Below, piece after piece: positions 1 to 10,547 of a stretch of 64,000 bases of DNA. Source of the DNA: Candidatus Poribacteria bacterium (GTDB taxonomy: Bacteria > Poribacteria > WGA-4E > GCA-2687025); NCBI GenBank assembly GCA_018644665.1, contig JABGQA010000077.1, forward strand, positions 3,263-67,262, read 5' to 3'. The notes beneath the pieces were generated by a model that did not search any database, had not been told where the DNA came from, and saw only the letters and a program-made list of their open reading frames with translations. Position 1 is the first letter of the stretch. The number at the start of each line of letters is the position of its first letter. The translations under genes were made by a program, and so were the position numbers.

Positions 1-1363
1 GCACGGCGTTGGACCGGTACGCCCGGTCGATGCTCCACATCTGCGTCAGGCCGATGAGCGACGTGTGCGACAGCCGCGCGCTCCCCAGCGCGTTCACGAG
101 GATCGTGCTCGGGCCGCCAAAGTGGAGGTCGTGCAGTGGCGTCCCGATCTCCGCGCGCATGCGGCCGATGGCGATCTGGATCACGTAGAACAGCCCGAAG
201 AACGCCGCTGCGACCCATGCGCCCATCCCGAGATACATCCCGAACAGCACAAGCCCGGCGAACCCGAGCGCCACCGCCGCGGCGGCCACGCGATACTCCG
301 CCGCCTCGGGCTCGCCCCTCGCGCTGAGCAACATCGTCCCGACACGCCGAAGATGCTTACGCGTCAGCCATAGAGCGATCACGCCGAGCGCCAGGTACCC
401 GCCGGACGACTGCTCGTACGAATACGGGAAGCCCGGCAGCGCGCGTATCCCCATCACCCGTCCCAGCACCATCTGCGACTTGAACGCCAGCAGGAAGAAC
501 CAGCACGAGAAGAGGATATCCAGCGGCACGAAGTAACCGATGCCGATGTAGTTCGGGATGATGTTGAACGGCAGCCACCCAACAGCGTTCCATGGGTTCT
601 CAGTGAAGAAGCTGCCGAAGTCGTGGCTGAGCGGAATCCGCGGGAACGATGGGGATATCCGGTTGACGTTGTTGACGGAGCGGAGGAGCGCCGTCGTCGC
701 GAATCCGGCCCATAGGACGGGGTCCGTCATGAACGCCCGAGTCGGCGACGCGAGATGCAGGGGCAGTTGGATCACCGGATAGCTTAGCCGGTCGACCTCG
801 GTCCACTGCTTCCGCACGAGCACGTTGATGCCCAGCGCCACGATCAGCAGCACGGCGATGAAGCCGGTCCAGTTCAGGACGGGCAGGAGCCACGCGCGCA
901 GGTGCTCGGCGTGGAGCAGCGATGACTCGCCCTGGAAGTACGGCGCGAGCGCGAGCCTGTCCGTGACTGTGGCGCCGTTGGGGAGGAAGGGAAGCAGCGT
1001 TTCCGCCCAGTCATTCTCCGGGGACGCATGCCACAGCGGATACGCGATGAGCGGCACGAGTATCTGGATGAGGTCGTGGCCCGCGACCGCGGCGGCGATG
1101 TTGAACATCGCGAAGATTGCAAGCAGTTCAGCGCGGCTCAGCGCCAAGGCTGGCCGCCAACGGCGCGCGAGACGCGACAGCAGAACGAGCGCCGTCATGT
1201 TGTACACGGACGTCCAGATGAGCGACGCGGTGCTGCCGCCCCCGCCTTTGTACACGATCGCTTCTATGCGTGAGATCCAGTAGGAGTGGATCGGCATAAG
1301 CAACGCGCCCAGAACGATGGCGCGCGCGCGAACGCGTTCAGGCGGTGTCCGCTTTCCCCGCAT
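1..1363 (-). CDS. DUF6785-type polytopic membrane protein (putative peptide transporter), 3' end outside window
   Basis: Not in the ORF track because it has no stop inside the window. Manual translation from ATG 1363 gives MRGKRTPPERVRARAIVLGALL...LSRAELLAIFAM...RKQWTEVDRLSYPVIQLP...IGIGYFVPLDILFSCWFF...RMRAEIG, with many TM helices; motifs recalled from this family. Confidence 0.75.
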   Translation of the reverse strand, partial: MRGKRTPPERVRARAIVLGALLMPIHSYWISRIEAIVYKGGGGSTASLIWTSVYNMTALVLLSRLARRWRPALALSRAELLAIFAMFNIAAAVAGHDLIQILVPLIAYPLWHASPENDWAETLLPFLPNGATVTDRLALAPYFQGESSLLHAEHLRAWLLPVLNWTGFIAVLLIVALGINVLVRKQWTEVDRLSYPVIQLPLHLASPTRAFMTDPVLWAGFATTALLRSVNNVNRISPSFPRIPLSHDFGSFFTENPWNAVGWLPFNIIPNYIGIGYFVPLDILFSCWFFLLAFKSQMVLGRVMGIRALPGFPYSYEQSSGGYLALGVIALWLTRKHLRRVGTMLLSARGEPEAAEYRVAAAAVALGFAGLVLFGMYLGMGAWVAAAFFGLFYVIQIAIGRMRAEIGTPLHDLHFGGPSTILVNALGSARLSHTSLIGLTQMWSIDRAYRSNAV

Positions 1364-1558
1364 TCGGCTCCACAGGAGAGAGGTCGGTCGGCTGATCGGA
1401 AACGTCACGACGCGTGCGCTTATCCTGACAACAACCCGTCGGGCGTGTCAATCGAGCGGGCCGTCGAGACCGTGGAGCTTGCCTGCGGACGTGAGGAGAG
1501 CCCCGCCAAGGCGAGGCCCTCTCAGGATCTGTGCGACTGCGGCGGACGATGCGAGAAG

Positions 1559-1807
1559 TCACTTCTTGCGGCCGACGTCCATTCTGTAGCCGACGACGAG
1601 ACCGATGATCTCCGTCACCACGAAGGCGGCGGCGAACGCGGGCCAGAAGTTCGGGTGAACGAACCGGTCCAGCATATTCGGCGCGCCGCCGATGGCGATC
1701 GAGCCGACGAGTATGCCCGCGGCAGATGCTGGAATGATGCTCAGCACGGCGGCGGTCACCAGGCTGGCCATCGGGGCGGATTTCTGGGTCTGGGGTCGTG
1801 TAGCCAT
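1559..1807 (-). CDS. small hypothetical membrane protein (2 TM)
   Basis: MATRPQTQKSAP... with an upstream AAGGAG RBS, two hydrophobic stretches and a basic C-terminus. Confidence 0.6.
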   Translation of the reverse strand: MATRPQTQKSAPMASLVTAAVLSIIPASAAGILVGSIAIGGAPNMLDRFVHPNFWPAFAAAFVVTEIIGLVVGYRMDVGRKK

Positions 1808-2193
1808 GCTGTGGCTCCTTCCAGATATCCGGCAATGTGTCATTTGCTCAAGTAATAGCCCGCTTTGCGTGCGTCGTAAGGCCGACACCTTGCGACGCAC
1901 GACTTGCGTGGCCGGGTGCGCACAGGACATGCCCTGTCGTGCTCACGCGGCACCGACATCCCAACATAAGACGGCATAAGGGGCGCTCTCTTCCGGCCAT
2001 AGACGTTCCCACACCGGCCGACGCCGGCATCTCCCGCGCCGCTCATGGAACCCATACTCATAGCAATTCAACGAGTACACGCCCGATTGGGTTTGCAGGC
2101 CCGTACCGACAAAGGGCCTAACCCGACGCGCCCGGTCGCGGTCCTTCCCCGAGTCGTCGCCGGCCGGTTCTCTCGATGGCCCTTGCGCACGGC

Positions 2194-2226
2194 ATATATA
2201 CAATCTATCCATTGAATACTATCGCA
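2194..2226 (+). promoter_or_regulatory. AT-rich putative promoter/operator of the cytochrome operon
   Basis: ATATATACAATCTATCCATTGAATACTATCG is an AT island in a GC-rich background, contains TACAAT/TACTAT -10-like hexamers and lies just upstream of the first cytochrome gene. Confidence 0.4.
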
Positions 2227-2234
2227 CTCCCTCG

Positions 2235-3194
2235 ATGGGCCGCTGCATGTCTTCCGATAGGCCGAACACCGTTCGACACGCGCGCCGCTGGCCGCACGTC
2301 ACGCGCGTCGTGGCCCTGTTCGCGCTTGTGGCCACGCCGCAGCTAATCGCCGCTCTGGAGCCCAACGCCGAATGCCTGCGTTGCCACGGCATGGCCACCC
2401 TGGGGTATCAGGACCCGGCAACCGGAGTGGTGGCATCGCTGCACGTCGATATCGGCGCGTACACGACGTCCAACCATGCGGAATTGGGTTGCGTAGCCTG
2501 CCACACGGCGGATTACAGCGACTTTCCGCACTCCGACACCGTCCGCGACGAGGACCTGCGATGCCTCGACTGCCATGACGACGACGAACGCCTGGAGCGA
2601 TTCCGGCTCGACGAAATCGGGGAGTCGTTCGCGCGTAGCGTCCACGCGAGTAGACACGCGGGCGCCTTCACGTGTTTCGACTGCCACGACCCGCACGCAT
2701 TCGACGTCGCGCGTGACCTTGGCGAGGTCGCGGATGTCGTTCGCGACTCGAACGCCATCTGCCTGAACTGCCACCAATCCGGGGCATCGGCTGGTCTCGC
2801 CGCGCTCGCGCCAACGGCGTTGGACGTGGCGCACGCGTGGCTACCGAACGCGGAACTGCATGGCGACCATGTCCGCTGCCTGGACTGCCATACCCCTGAT
2901 GACCCGGCGTCTTCTCACGAGATACTCGCGGCCGAGGACGCGCGGCGTTCCTGCGTGGACTGCCACACGGCGGGTTCCGTCCTCCTGACGAAGCTGTACC
3001 GGCATCGGGTTCGCGACGGCCGCACGCGCGCCGGTTTCATCAACGCCGCCGTCTTCAACGACGCGTACATCATCGGGATGACCAGGAACGTCGCGCTGGA
3101 CCGTGTGAGCGTGGGCGCCTTCGTCGCGGTCTTGGTCGCCATCGCCGCGCACGCTGTCGGGCGGTCGAGAGCAGCCGGGAAGGCGGGACGATGA
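2235..3194 (+). CDS. membrane-anchored heptaheme c-type cytochrome
   Basis: 7 CxxCH (CLRCH, CVACH, CLDCH, CFDCH, CLNCH, CLDCH, CVDCH), N-terminal signal peptide, C-terminal TM helix; start may be 2247. Confidence 0.9.
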   Translation: MGRCMSSDRPNTVRHARRWPHVTRVVALFALVATPQLIAALEPNAECLRCHGMATLGYQDPATGVVASLHVDIGAYTTSNHAELGCVACHTADYSDFPHSDTVRDEDLRCLDCHDDDERLERFRLDEIGESFARSVHASRHAGAFTCFDCHDPHAFDVARDLGEVADVVRDSNAICLNCHQSGASAGLAALAPTALDVAHAWLPNAELHGDHVRCLDCHTPDDPASSHEILAAEDARRSCVDCHTAGSVLLTKLYRHRVRDGRTRAGFINAAVFNDAYIIGMTRNVALDRVSVGAFVAVLVAIAAHAVGRSRAAGKAGR

Positions 3195-3823
3195 ACGAAC
3201 GCATGTACCTCTACCCAGTCTGGATCCGTGTGTGGCACTGGTCGAACGCGGCTCTGTTCCTGCTGCTCATCCTGTCGGGCGTCAGTTTGCACTACGCCGA
3301 TCCGTCGTTCCCCTGGATTCCGTTCCGCGTCGCGCGCTCGCTGCACAACGTGGCAGGCATCGTGCTGGCGGCTCTCTACGCCGCCTTCATCGTAGGGAAC
3401 GTCGTGACGGGCGGCTGGCGCCAGTACGCGCCGGACCTAGAGGGTCTTGCACGCCGAATGCGTCGGCAGGCGGCCTACTACCTCAGGGGCGTGTTTCGGG
3501 GCGAAGAGCATCCGTTCGATGTGACGCCAGCGCGGCGGTACAACCCGCTTCAGCAAGTCACGTACCTCGGCGTGATGTACGTCGCCGTCCCTCTTCTTGT
3601 CGTCACAGGACTGCTGCTTCTGTTCCCAGAGGTCGCGCCCGAGCGCGTGCTAGGCGCGGGCGGCGTGTGGCCTGTCGCCGTCGCGCACTCCGTCGTCGCC
3701 TTCCTCCTGACGCTCTTTTTTATCGGGCACGTGTATCTCGCGACCATGGGCGCGTCGGTCCTCTCCGGCGTGCGCAGCATGATCACCGGATGGCATGAGC
3801 CGCACGAAGGACACGAACAATGA
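3191..3823 (+). CDS. di-heme cytochrome b, HydC/FdnI/PhsC family
   Basis: RVWHWSNA, LHNVAG, RRYNPLQQVTY, AHSVVA and GHVYLA heme-b His motifs; 4 TM; ATGA overlaps at both ends. Confidence 0.9.
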   Translation: MNERMYLYPVWIRVWHWSNAALFLLLILSGVSLHYADPSFPWIPFRVARSLHNVAGIVLAALYAAFIVGNVVTGGWRQYAPDLEGLARRMRRQAAYYLRGVFRGEEHPFDVTPARRYNPLQQVTYLGVMYVAVPLLVVTGLLLLFPEVAPERVLGAGGVWPVAVAHSVVAFLLTLFFIGHVYLATMGASVLSGVRSMITGWHEPHEGHEQ

Positions 3824-6003
3824 GAGAACGTCTGCTCGGAGTGGCCAGAACCGTCCTCGGCAGACGGACGGCTAGGATAGGCATCGCTGTCGTCGCGGCC
3901 GTTGCGCTGGGCGCCGGCTTCTACACAGTCGGCTATCCGAAGTTCTTCGAGGCGTATACAGGCGTGAAGAACGCGCCACTCACCTACGATTCGAGCGTCA
4001 CCGTGAGTGAGGGGGAGTTCGAGGCCTTGGCGGATAGGCTCACGTACGACACGCGGTTGGCCGCGGCGAGCCGTGTCACGTCGGACGAACAGAGCGAGTT
4101 CACGCGCAAGGTGAAGACCGACATCCTGATGAAGACGCCCTCGTTCCGCCGCGCATCGGACCTCAGACACATCGGATACTTCCGTGACGCGGGCGTCCGC
4201 ACATACGAAGGGCCGGAAACCTGCCTGGAGTGCCACGCGACGATGACCGTCCACACCTACGAGGGTGAGACGAAGGAGGTGGATACGCTGGAGGACGTGC
4301 TGGGCACCGTCCACTACAAGTTCCAGCGAATGGAGCCCGGGTTCACGACCTACGGTTACGACGGCCGCGAGGTGAACGGCGAGGGCACGCGCCCGATACC
4401 CGTGGGCAAGATCGACCGCGCGTGCGGCATCCCTGGGAGCTTCTCGTGGACAGGATGGGCGGAACTCATCGAGACGAAGCCCGAGAGCGCGCACGGCGAG
4501 ACGGTCGTGCGTAGTGAGGGCTGCGGACAGTGCCACATAGGGGGTGGCTACCATCCCGCGACCGAGAAGATGATGCCGGTCGGGGACGTGCCGGCCGCAG
4601 CCAAGGACGGCGTCGACTGCCTGATATGCCATTCGCAGGCGTACGACATGAACTACCGATACGTGATAGAGGACGAGGTAGGGACGCGCTGGAATCAGGA
4701 CCGCTCAATGAAGGCCGCGATGGCGGTAACGCTGCCGGGCAACGACAACTGTCTCCTGTGCCATCAGCACAACATGGGCGGAGACGCCTACGAGCACAAC
4801 CAGGCATCCGAAGCGCTGGGGTTCGAGAACCAACGCCTTCTGCACGCGGGAGCGAAGCGCGCGAACCCGTTCAGCCCGGAGGCGGACGTGCATTCGGCCG
4901 CCGGCCTGCAATGCACGGACTGTCACACGCCCGTCGGCCACAAGATCCCACGCGGGACGAAGGGCACGGACCTCGTCGCAAACGACCTCCCAGGCGTCGA
5001 GGTGGCGTGCGAGAACTGCCACACCACGGCCCCGCACACCGAGGGACCGCAACGCGTGATGCTGAACGGCCACGTCGCCCGACTCGCGTGCGAGACGTGC
5101 CACATCAAGGAGTTGGAGCCGCTGAACGTCGTCCTAAGAGACTGGACCAAGCCGGTCTGGAATGCTGAGGAGGGCGTGTACACGCCCACGGATGTCCTGC
5201 GCAGTGGCGAAGTAGGCGAGGGCGTCGACTTCTTCTGGTTCAACGGCGCCGGCACGTTCCTCGCGAACGCGCTCGGCACGAACCCGGTGAACCCCGACGA
5301 ATACAATCCCCTGATGCGCCAGCTCGTTTCGCTAGACGCAGACGCCATGCGTGAGGCGCTCAAGCCCGCGTTGGACGAGATGGCGAAGAGCCACGAGTTC
5401 GATCCCGACGCGTATATCCGCGAACTGACGGACACGTTGAGCGCGCTGCAGTCGCACTTCGTCGAGAAGCGCGCGCGGGTCATCGAAGAGAAGCTGCGTC
5501 CTCTCATGACGATGGGCGAGAGCAAGATATACCCGTTCAAGCTGTTCAACGCGCGCATGTACGAACACATGGCCAACGAAGGCCCGTTCGGGGCAATGAT
5601 CCTCCCGTTCGACTACGCGACCTACTACGAGACGGGCATCCCAACGGATGCTGTCAAAGAGGCGGTGAAGAATCCCATCGTACGCCGTATGTACGAGTTG
5701 CCGTTCAAGGCGTACATGATGGACGAATTCATGGCGTACTTCGGCGTGGACGGATGGAAGACCGATTACCCGCTACAGGATGGCGAGTTGGTGGACGTCG
5801 AGCCGCACTGGATGCGTCAGACGGCCACGCTCATGGTCAACCACGGCATACAACGAGACGGTCGCCAATGCGCCGAGTGCCACGCGTCGGACGGTGTGAT
5901 GGACTTCGACGCGCTCGGTTATCCCCCAGCGCGCGTCGCGGATCTGGAGCATCTGCCCGAGCTTACCACTATGGTGGAGCAGGGCCTGGCATACCGGCCG
6001 TAG
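3820..6003 (+). CDS. octaheme c-type cytochrome, OTR (octaheme tetrathionate/nitrite reductase)-like
   Basis: 8 CxxCH (CLECH, CGQCH, CLICH, CLLCH, CTDCH, CENCH, CETCH, CAECH) with OTR-like spacing: DVH before heme 5, LNGHVARLAC before heme 7, long gap then NHGI before heme 8; N-terminal signal/TM. Confidence 0.8.
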   Translation: MRERLLGVARTVLGRRTARIGIAVVAAVALGAGFYTVGYPKFFEAYTGVKNAPLTYDSSVTVSEGEFEALADRLTYDTRLAAASRVTSDEQSEFTRKVKTDILMKTPSFRRASDLRHIGYFRDAGVRTYEGPETCLECHATMTVHTYEGETKEVDTLEDVLGTVHYKFQRMEPGFTTYGYDGREVNGEGTRPIPVGKIDRACGIPGSFSWTGWAELIETKPESAHGETVVRSEGCGQCHIGGGYHPATEKMMPVGDVPAAAKDGVDCLICHSQAYDMNYRYVIEDEVGTRWNQDRSMKAAMAVTLPGNDNCLLCHQHNMGGDAYEHNQASEALGFENQRLLHAGAKRANPFSPEADVHSAAGLQCTDCHTPVGHKIPRGTKGTDLVANDLPGVEVACENCHTTAPHTEGPQRVMLNGHVARLACETCHIKELEPLNVVLRDWTKPVWNAEEGVYTPTDVLRSGEVGEGVDFFWFNGAGTFLANALGTNPVNPDEYNPLMRQLVSLDADAMREALKPALDEMAKSHEFDPDAYIRELTDTLSALQSHFVEKRARVIEEKLRPLMTMGESKIYPFKLFNARMYEHMANEGPFGAMILPFDYATYYETGIPTDAVKEAVKNPIVRRMYELPFKAYMMDEFMAYFGVDGWKTDYPLQDGELVDVEPHWMRQTATLMVNHGIQRDGRQCAECHASDGVMDFDALGYPPARVADLEHLPELTTMVEQGLAYRP

Positions 6004-6782
6004 GCGTCCACCGCACGGGTGACGGCCCCAGGTCGAGTTCCGACCGGTAGGAGAATCGGGTACGCGATCTGGCGCCCCGCCACCGGCGAGACTGACACGC
6101 ATGCCGCAGCGGTGAACACGGACAGGGAGCGCGTGCGGAGCGAGGGGACGCGGCGCCGATGTGGGGAGATGACCAGTCCGTTCCTGCCGACGAGGTGGGT
6201 GACTGTTCGGACAGGGATCTCCGGCCGGTTGCGGCAGTTGCGTCTGGGGCAACGAAGCGAACATTTAGGCCCGGCGTACGCCTCGCCGCGCGCCGGTGCT
6301 GTCTGGCGCCGGGCCGAGATGTGGCAGCGACAGGGGCTGGTGGTGGGCTGGCGCGGCGCGTCTGTGCTGCCGGCATTCGTTCCACCAGACACCGGCTGGC
6401 AACACGCGGAGTGCAGCCATCGGGTCGATCGTCTGAGGTCCCAACATGCGCCCGGCATCATCACCCGCTTCTGCGGGACTCGGCGATGCGCCCTCTCGAC
6501 TTTTCCCGAGCCGATCGGCCGCGCTTCACATAGGCGTCGTAGTGGGCGTAGTCCGCGAAGCGTCTCAAGCACGCGGTTAGGCGGCGTTCCCCACGACAGA
6601 CGCCCTCAGCATTGACCGGTCGCGAGCGTACGACGTAATCTGCCGCGTACCGCTGTCGCCCCCTGCCGTCGGCACTGAAGGTCCCGGACGCCTCTGCCGG
6701 CCGTGATATCCATGCCGCGCCGTCTGAGCCACCGGCATCCGCGGCGAGTTCGCGCGGCGCCAGACGCCGGAGGAGTCAGGTT

Positions 6783-7826
6783 GTGCTTGATGTGGGCCAG
6801 GCTCACGAAGTGCTGGCAAGGCACTACGCGAAGAGATCGGTGGGGCGACGACAACCCACCGTCTCTGACGTAGCAGAGATCCCCGGCGGCCTCTCCAACG
6901 GCATGTACCCGTTCACCCTACAGCGTGCCGACGGCGCATCGGAGCGCCGTGAATCCCTCGTGCTCAGGGTGGGTCACGACAAACCACAACTGGCCCGCGA
7001 ATTCGATGCGCTCCGCCGGCTGCAACCCACGTCGGTACCCGTCCCGGTAGTCTACGACGTGGACGAAGACCTACACGGATGGAACTTCGGCATTATGGAA
7101 CGGGTGGACGGTGTCAACCTGTGGGAAGCGCTGGACGGGTTGGCCCATGCCGAGGCTACGGATCTCTTGAAGCAGTTCTTCGGCGTCCTGGCCGAAATCC
7201 ACACGAGCGACTGGCGGCGCATGGGTCTCGACTCGCTTGACGTGCCGGACGGCGTGCATGGTTACGTTGATAGGTTGCTGGCCGGCTATCGCCACGAGGC
7301 CGGATGGTTGGGCACGGATGCCCTCGACCCGGTTCTCGACTGGATGGAGGCGAACAGGCCGCCGTCGGACCACTACGTCCTTCTGCACGGCGACTACCAC
7401 GGCGGCAACGTGATAGCGGATGGCGGCGCGATCGTGGCCGTTGTCGACTGGGAGTGCGTTTCGATAGGCGATGCCGCGAACGACCTTTGTTGGATGCCGC
7501 TGCTCTGGCGCGCGTTCGGCGGCGCAGACGACGACCAGGCCGGCTTGTTGATGCAGCACTACCGGGAAGCCGTCGGCCGGGATGTGGGCAACCTCGAGTT
7601 CTATCTCGCAGCCCGCGCCGTCCGTCTCCTGCTCTACATGATGATGACCACGGCACACGGCGCGCGCGGCGGACCGCGCAGGCCGGGCGCCGAGATCATG
7701 CTCTTGAGTGAACCCCCGCTCCGGTGCGCCGAGGTGCTCCAACAGAAGACGGGAATCGACATTTCGTCGGCCGTGGCTGCCGCTCTAGACGGCATGCGGG
7801 AAGGCGATCCCAGCCCTGGAGGGTGA
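6783..7826 (+). CDS. APH/choline-kinase-like phosphotransferase
   Basis: GGLSN loop, LVLR, HGDYHGGN Brenner motif, VVDWE; GGAGGAG RBS upstream. Confidence 0.85.
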   Translation: MLDVGQAHEVLARHYAKRSVGRRQPTVSDVAEIPGGLSNGMYPFTLQRADGASERRESLVLRVGHDKPQLAREFDALRRLQPTSVPVPVVYDVDEDLHGWNFGIMERVDGVNLWEALDGLAHAEATDLLKQFFGVLAEIHTSDWRRMGLDSLDVPDGVHGYVDRLLAGYRHEAGWLGTDALDPVLDWMEANRPPSDHYVLLHGDYHGGNVIADGGAIVAVVDWECVSIGDAANDLCWMPLLWRAFGGADDDQAGLLMQHYREAVGRDVGNLEFYLAARAVRLLLYMMMTTAHGARGGPRRPGAEIMLLSEPPLRCAEVLQQKTGIDISSAVAAALDGMREGDPSPGG

Positions 7827-7950
7827 GACGACTCGACACAGGGCCCATCCGCCGCTTCGCCCGTTCCCGGCAGGGCGCCGCTCACTTGACCCCGTCCGAT
7901 CGCGCGTGATACTCCATCCCGCAGAGCATCCCTATCCTCGGGACACATCG

Positions 7951-8469
7951 GTGCTTGCCATACGCCTTTACGGCGACCCGATTCTACGGCAGAAGGCGGC
8001 CCCCGTGCACAGGGTCACCAACGAAGTGCGCGCGCTGGCGAGCGGCATGCTGGACGCGATGGCTATGGAGGATGGTGTTGGGCTCTCGGCGCCGCAGGTG
8101 GGCATCCTGAGCCGACTCATTGTCGTCACGCCCGAGCCGGATGACGAGGCCTCGGCCCCGTTGGTCATGGTGAATCCCGTCGTCGAGAAGGCGTCGGGTG
8201 AATGGGTGGAACAAGAGGGCTGCCTCAGCCTCCCTGACATCTACGCTGATGTTGCGCGGCCCGAAGCGATCGAGGCGCGCGGCACGGACCTCGACGGCGC
8301 AGACGTGTCGTTCACGGCGGATGGGTGGTTCGCTCGGGTGATTCTCCATGAGATAGACCACCTGAATGGTGTACTCTTTATTGACCACTTGGACCGTACG
8401 GAGCGGAGCCGTTTGCGCGGTCAGCTCAACCGGATCACGCGGCGCGCCCGCGAGGCCATGGAAGGCTAG
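7951..8469 (+). CDS. def: peptide deformylase
   Basis: GVGLSAPQVG, EGCLS and HEIDH motifs; GTG start at 7951 (LAIRLYGDPILR) preferred over 7906. Confidence 0.95.
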   Translation: MLAIRLYGDPILRQKAAPVHRVTNEVRALASGMLDAMAMEDGVGLSAPQVGILSRLIVVTPEPDDEASAPLVMVNPVVEKASGEWVEQEGCLSLPDIYADVARPEAIEARGTDLDGADVSFTADGWFARVILHEIDHLNGVLFIDHLDRTERSRLRGQLNRITRRAREAMEG

Positions 8470-8471
8470 GG

Positions 8472-9350
8472 ATGACCCTGTCGGCGGAACTCACGAAAAA
8501 GTACGCGGCGCTGAAGCAGCAGCTCGCGGAGTTGGGCGAGATGCTCGTGGCGTTCTCCGGCGGCGTGGACAGCGTGTTGCTAGCAAAAGTCGCGCACGAC
8601 GTCGTCGGCGACAAGGCGTTGGCGGTGACCGCCGTTTCGGAGTCGTATCCCGGGCGCGAGCTTCGTGACGCCAAGGAACTCGCCGCCGATATCGGCATCC
8701 CTCTGCGCATCGTGCGGGCCCATGAGCTGGAAGACGAGAACTACGCCAAGAACGCCCCGAACCGCTGCTACTTCTGCAAGACCGAGCTGTTCACGCAGTT
8801 GCGCGCCGTCTCCGAAGACACCGGTGTGCGCACGGTGGTCTATGGCGCCAACCTAGATGACACGGGCGACTACCGGCCCGGCATGCAGGCCGCCGACGAG
8901 TGGGGCGTCTACGCGCCGTTGCTCGACGCGCAGCTCACCAAGGAGGACATCCGGGTCCTCTCGCGCATGCTTGATCTGCGGACGTGGGACAAGCCCGCCT
9001 TCGCTTGTCTGTCGTCGCGCTTCCCCCATGGCACGCGCATCACGCCGGAGAAGCTCTCTCAGGTCGACGCGGCGGAGGACCTGCTGTACGACCTGGGATT
9101 TCGCCAGTTCCGTGTGCGGCACCACGAGGACGCGCAACAGAACTGGAGCGTCGCGCGGATCGAAGTCCCCGTCGAAGAGATGCAACGGTTCTTCGAGGGA
9201 GATACGCGAGACCGCGTGGTCGATGAGTTCCGCGGGTTGGGCTACGGCTTCGTGTCTCTCGACCTCCGCGGCTACAAGTCGGGCAGCCTCAACCCGAACC
9301 TGCTGACGATCGAATCGCTGGCGCCGCCGTCGCGCCCAAGCGTGGGCTAG
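8472..9350 (+). CDS. larE: ATP-dependent sulfur transferase LarE
   Basis: SGGVDS PP-loop, [37 protein letters not shown]. Confidence 0.9.
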   Translation: MTLSAELTKKYAALKQQLAELGEMLVAFSGGVDSVLLAKVAHDVVGDKALAVTAVSESYPGRELRDAKELAADIGIPLRIVRAHELEDENYAKNAPNRCYFCKTELFTQLRAVSEDTGVRTVVYGANLDDTGDYRPGMQAADEWGVYAPLLDAQLTKEDIRVLSRMLDLRTWDKPAFACLSSRFPHGTRITPEKLSQVDAAEDLLYDLGFRQFRVRHHEDAQQNWSVARIEVPVEEMQRFFEGDTRDRVVDEFRGLGYGFVSLDLRGYKSGSLNPNLLTIESLAPPSRPSVG

Positions 9351-9487
9351 CCCTCCTCCTCACGCAGAATCTGCCAGCTCGTATAAACCCGGCCGCCTTC
9401 CCGCGCGTTTCACACACAGGGCGCAGGATCGTTGCGCCCGCTCGTCGCCCGCTTCTGGGCAAGGCTCTGTCGGTTGGGAGGCCGCAT

Positions 9488-10459
9488 ATGGTCCGCAACA
9501 ATACCTCTACGCACGCCGGATTCGGCGACACGGAGGACCGACCCAGGGCCGCTTCACGTCCCGTGCCGCTCGTGCCACCCGCCGGTGACTCACCGGACGT
9601 GGCGGCCGACGCGTTACGCATGTGGATGCGCGACATCACGAAGACGCCGCTGCTGACACGCGAACAGGAAGTGGAGCTGTCCCAGGCCGTCGAGGCGGGC
9701 AGCGAAGCCGCGCGCGAACGGATGGTGCGCTCCAACCTGCGGCTAGTCGTGAGCGTGGCCTTGAAGTACCGGGGCCACAACGTCCCTCTGTCCGACCTGA
9801 TCCAAGAAGGCAACATCGGGCTCATGCGGGCGGTCGAGAAGTTCGACTACCGGCGTGGGTTCAAGTTCAGCACGTACGCGATCTGGTGGATCCGCCAGGC
9901 GGTGATGCGCGCCCTGGACAACTACGCGCGCGTCATTCGTCTCCCGAGCTACGTCGTGGCCAAGATCTCGAAGTTCGACGACACGGCGGGCCGACTCCGG
10001 CAGGAGCTGGAGCGCGATCCCACTGTGGAAGAGTTGGCCGAGGCGCTGGAGCTGTCGCCGGAACGCGTTCGGGACATCCTGGCGGTGTCCTCCGACCCTC
10101 TCTCGCTGGAGATGCCGGTGAGTGAGGAGCGCGAGTCCTCGGCGCTGCGCGACTTCATTGAGGACCCCGACGGCGAGTCACAGCACGAGATCCTCTCGAA
10201 CATCATCCTGGAGCAGGAGATCGAGGGCCTGCTCGACCGACTCACTCCCCGTGAGCACGAGATACTCCGTATGCGCTACGGGTTGGACGACGGTCAGGAG
10301 CGGACGCTCCGGGAAATTGGCGCGCGCTTCGATGTCACACGGGAGCGCATCCGACAGATCGAGGCGGAGGCGTTGCGCGCGTTGCGTGGACTGTCGCGCG
10401 AGGAAGTCCCCGTTCCTGAGGACGCGCCGGTCGACGAACTCGCTGACGGCGGGATGTAG
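9488..10459 (+). CDS. RNA polymerase sigma-70 factor, group 2 (RpoD/RpoS-like, no region 1.1)
   Basis: Region 1.2 [11 protein letters not shown], region 2 NLRLVVSVA...[18 protein letters not shown]...[12 protein letters not shown], region 4.2 TRERIRQIE. Confidence 0.9.
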   Translation: MVRNNTSTHAGFGDTEDRPRAASRPVPLVPPAGDSPDVAADALRMWMRDITKTPLLTREQEVELSQAVEAGSEAARERMVRSNLRLVVSVALKYRGHNVPLSDLIQEGNIGLMRAVEKFDYRRGFKFSTYAIWWIRQAVMRALDNYARVIRLPSYVVAKISKFDDTAGRLRQELERDPTVEELAEALELSPERVRDILAVSSDPLSLEMPVSEERESSALRDFIEDPDGESQHEILSNIILEQEIEGLLDRLTPREHEILRMRYGLDDGQERTLREIGARFDVTRERIRQIEAEALRALRGLSREEVPVPEDAPVDELADGGM

Positions 10460-10547
10460 ACGCCTACACGCCACGCCCGGGCACGACAACAGCGCCGTCG
10501 GCTTCGTGCGTCCGCCCGGCGCTGCCCTGTTCTCGCTCGCGTAATGT

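Noticed and set aside
2194-2226. FNR or ModE site upstream of the cytochrome operon
   Set aside because: TTGAATACTATCGC has three mismatches to TTGAT-N4-ATCAA and the second ModE half-site is absent; kept only as a generic AT-rich promoter.
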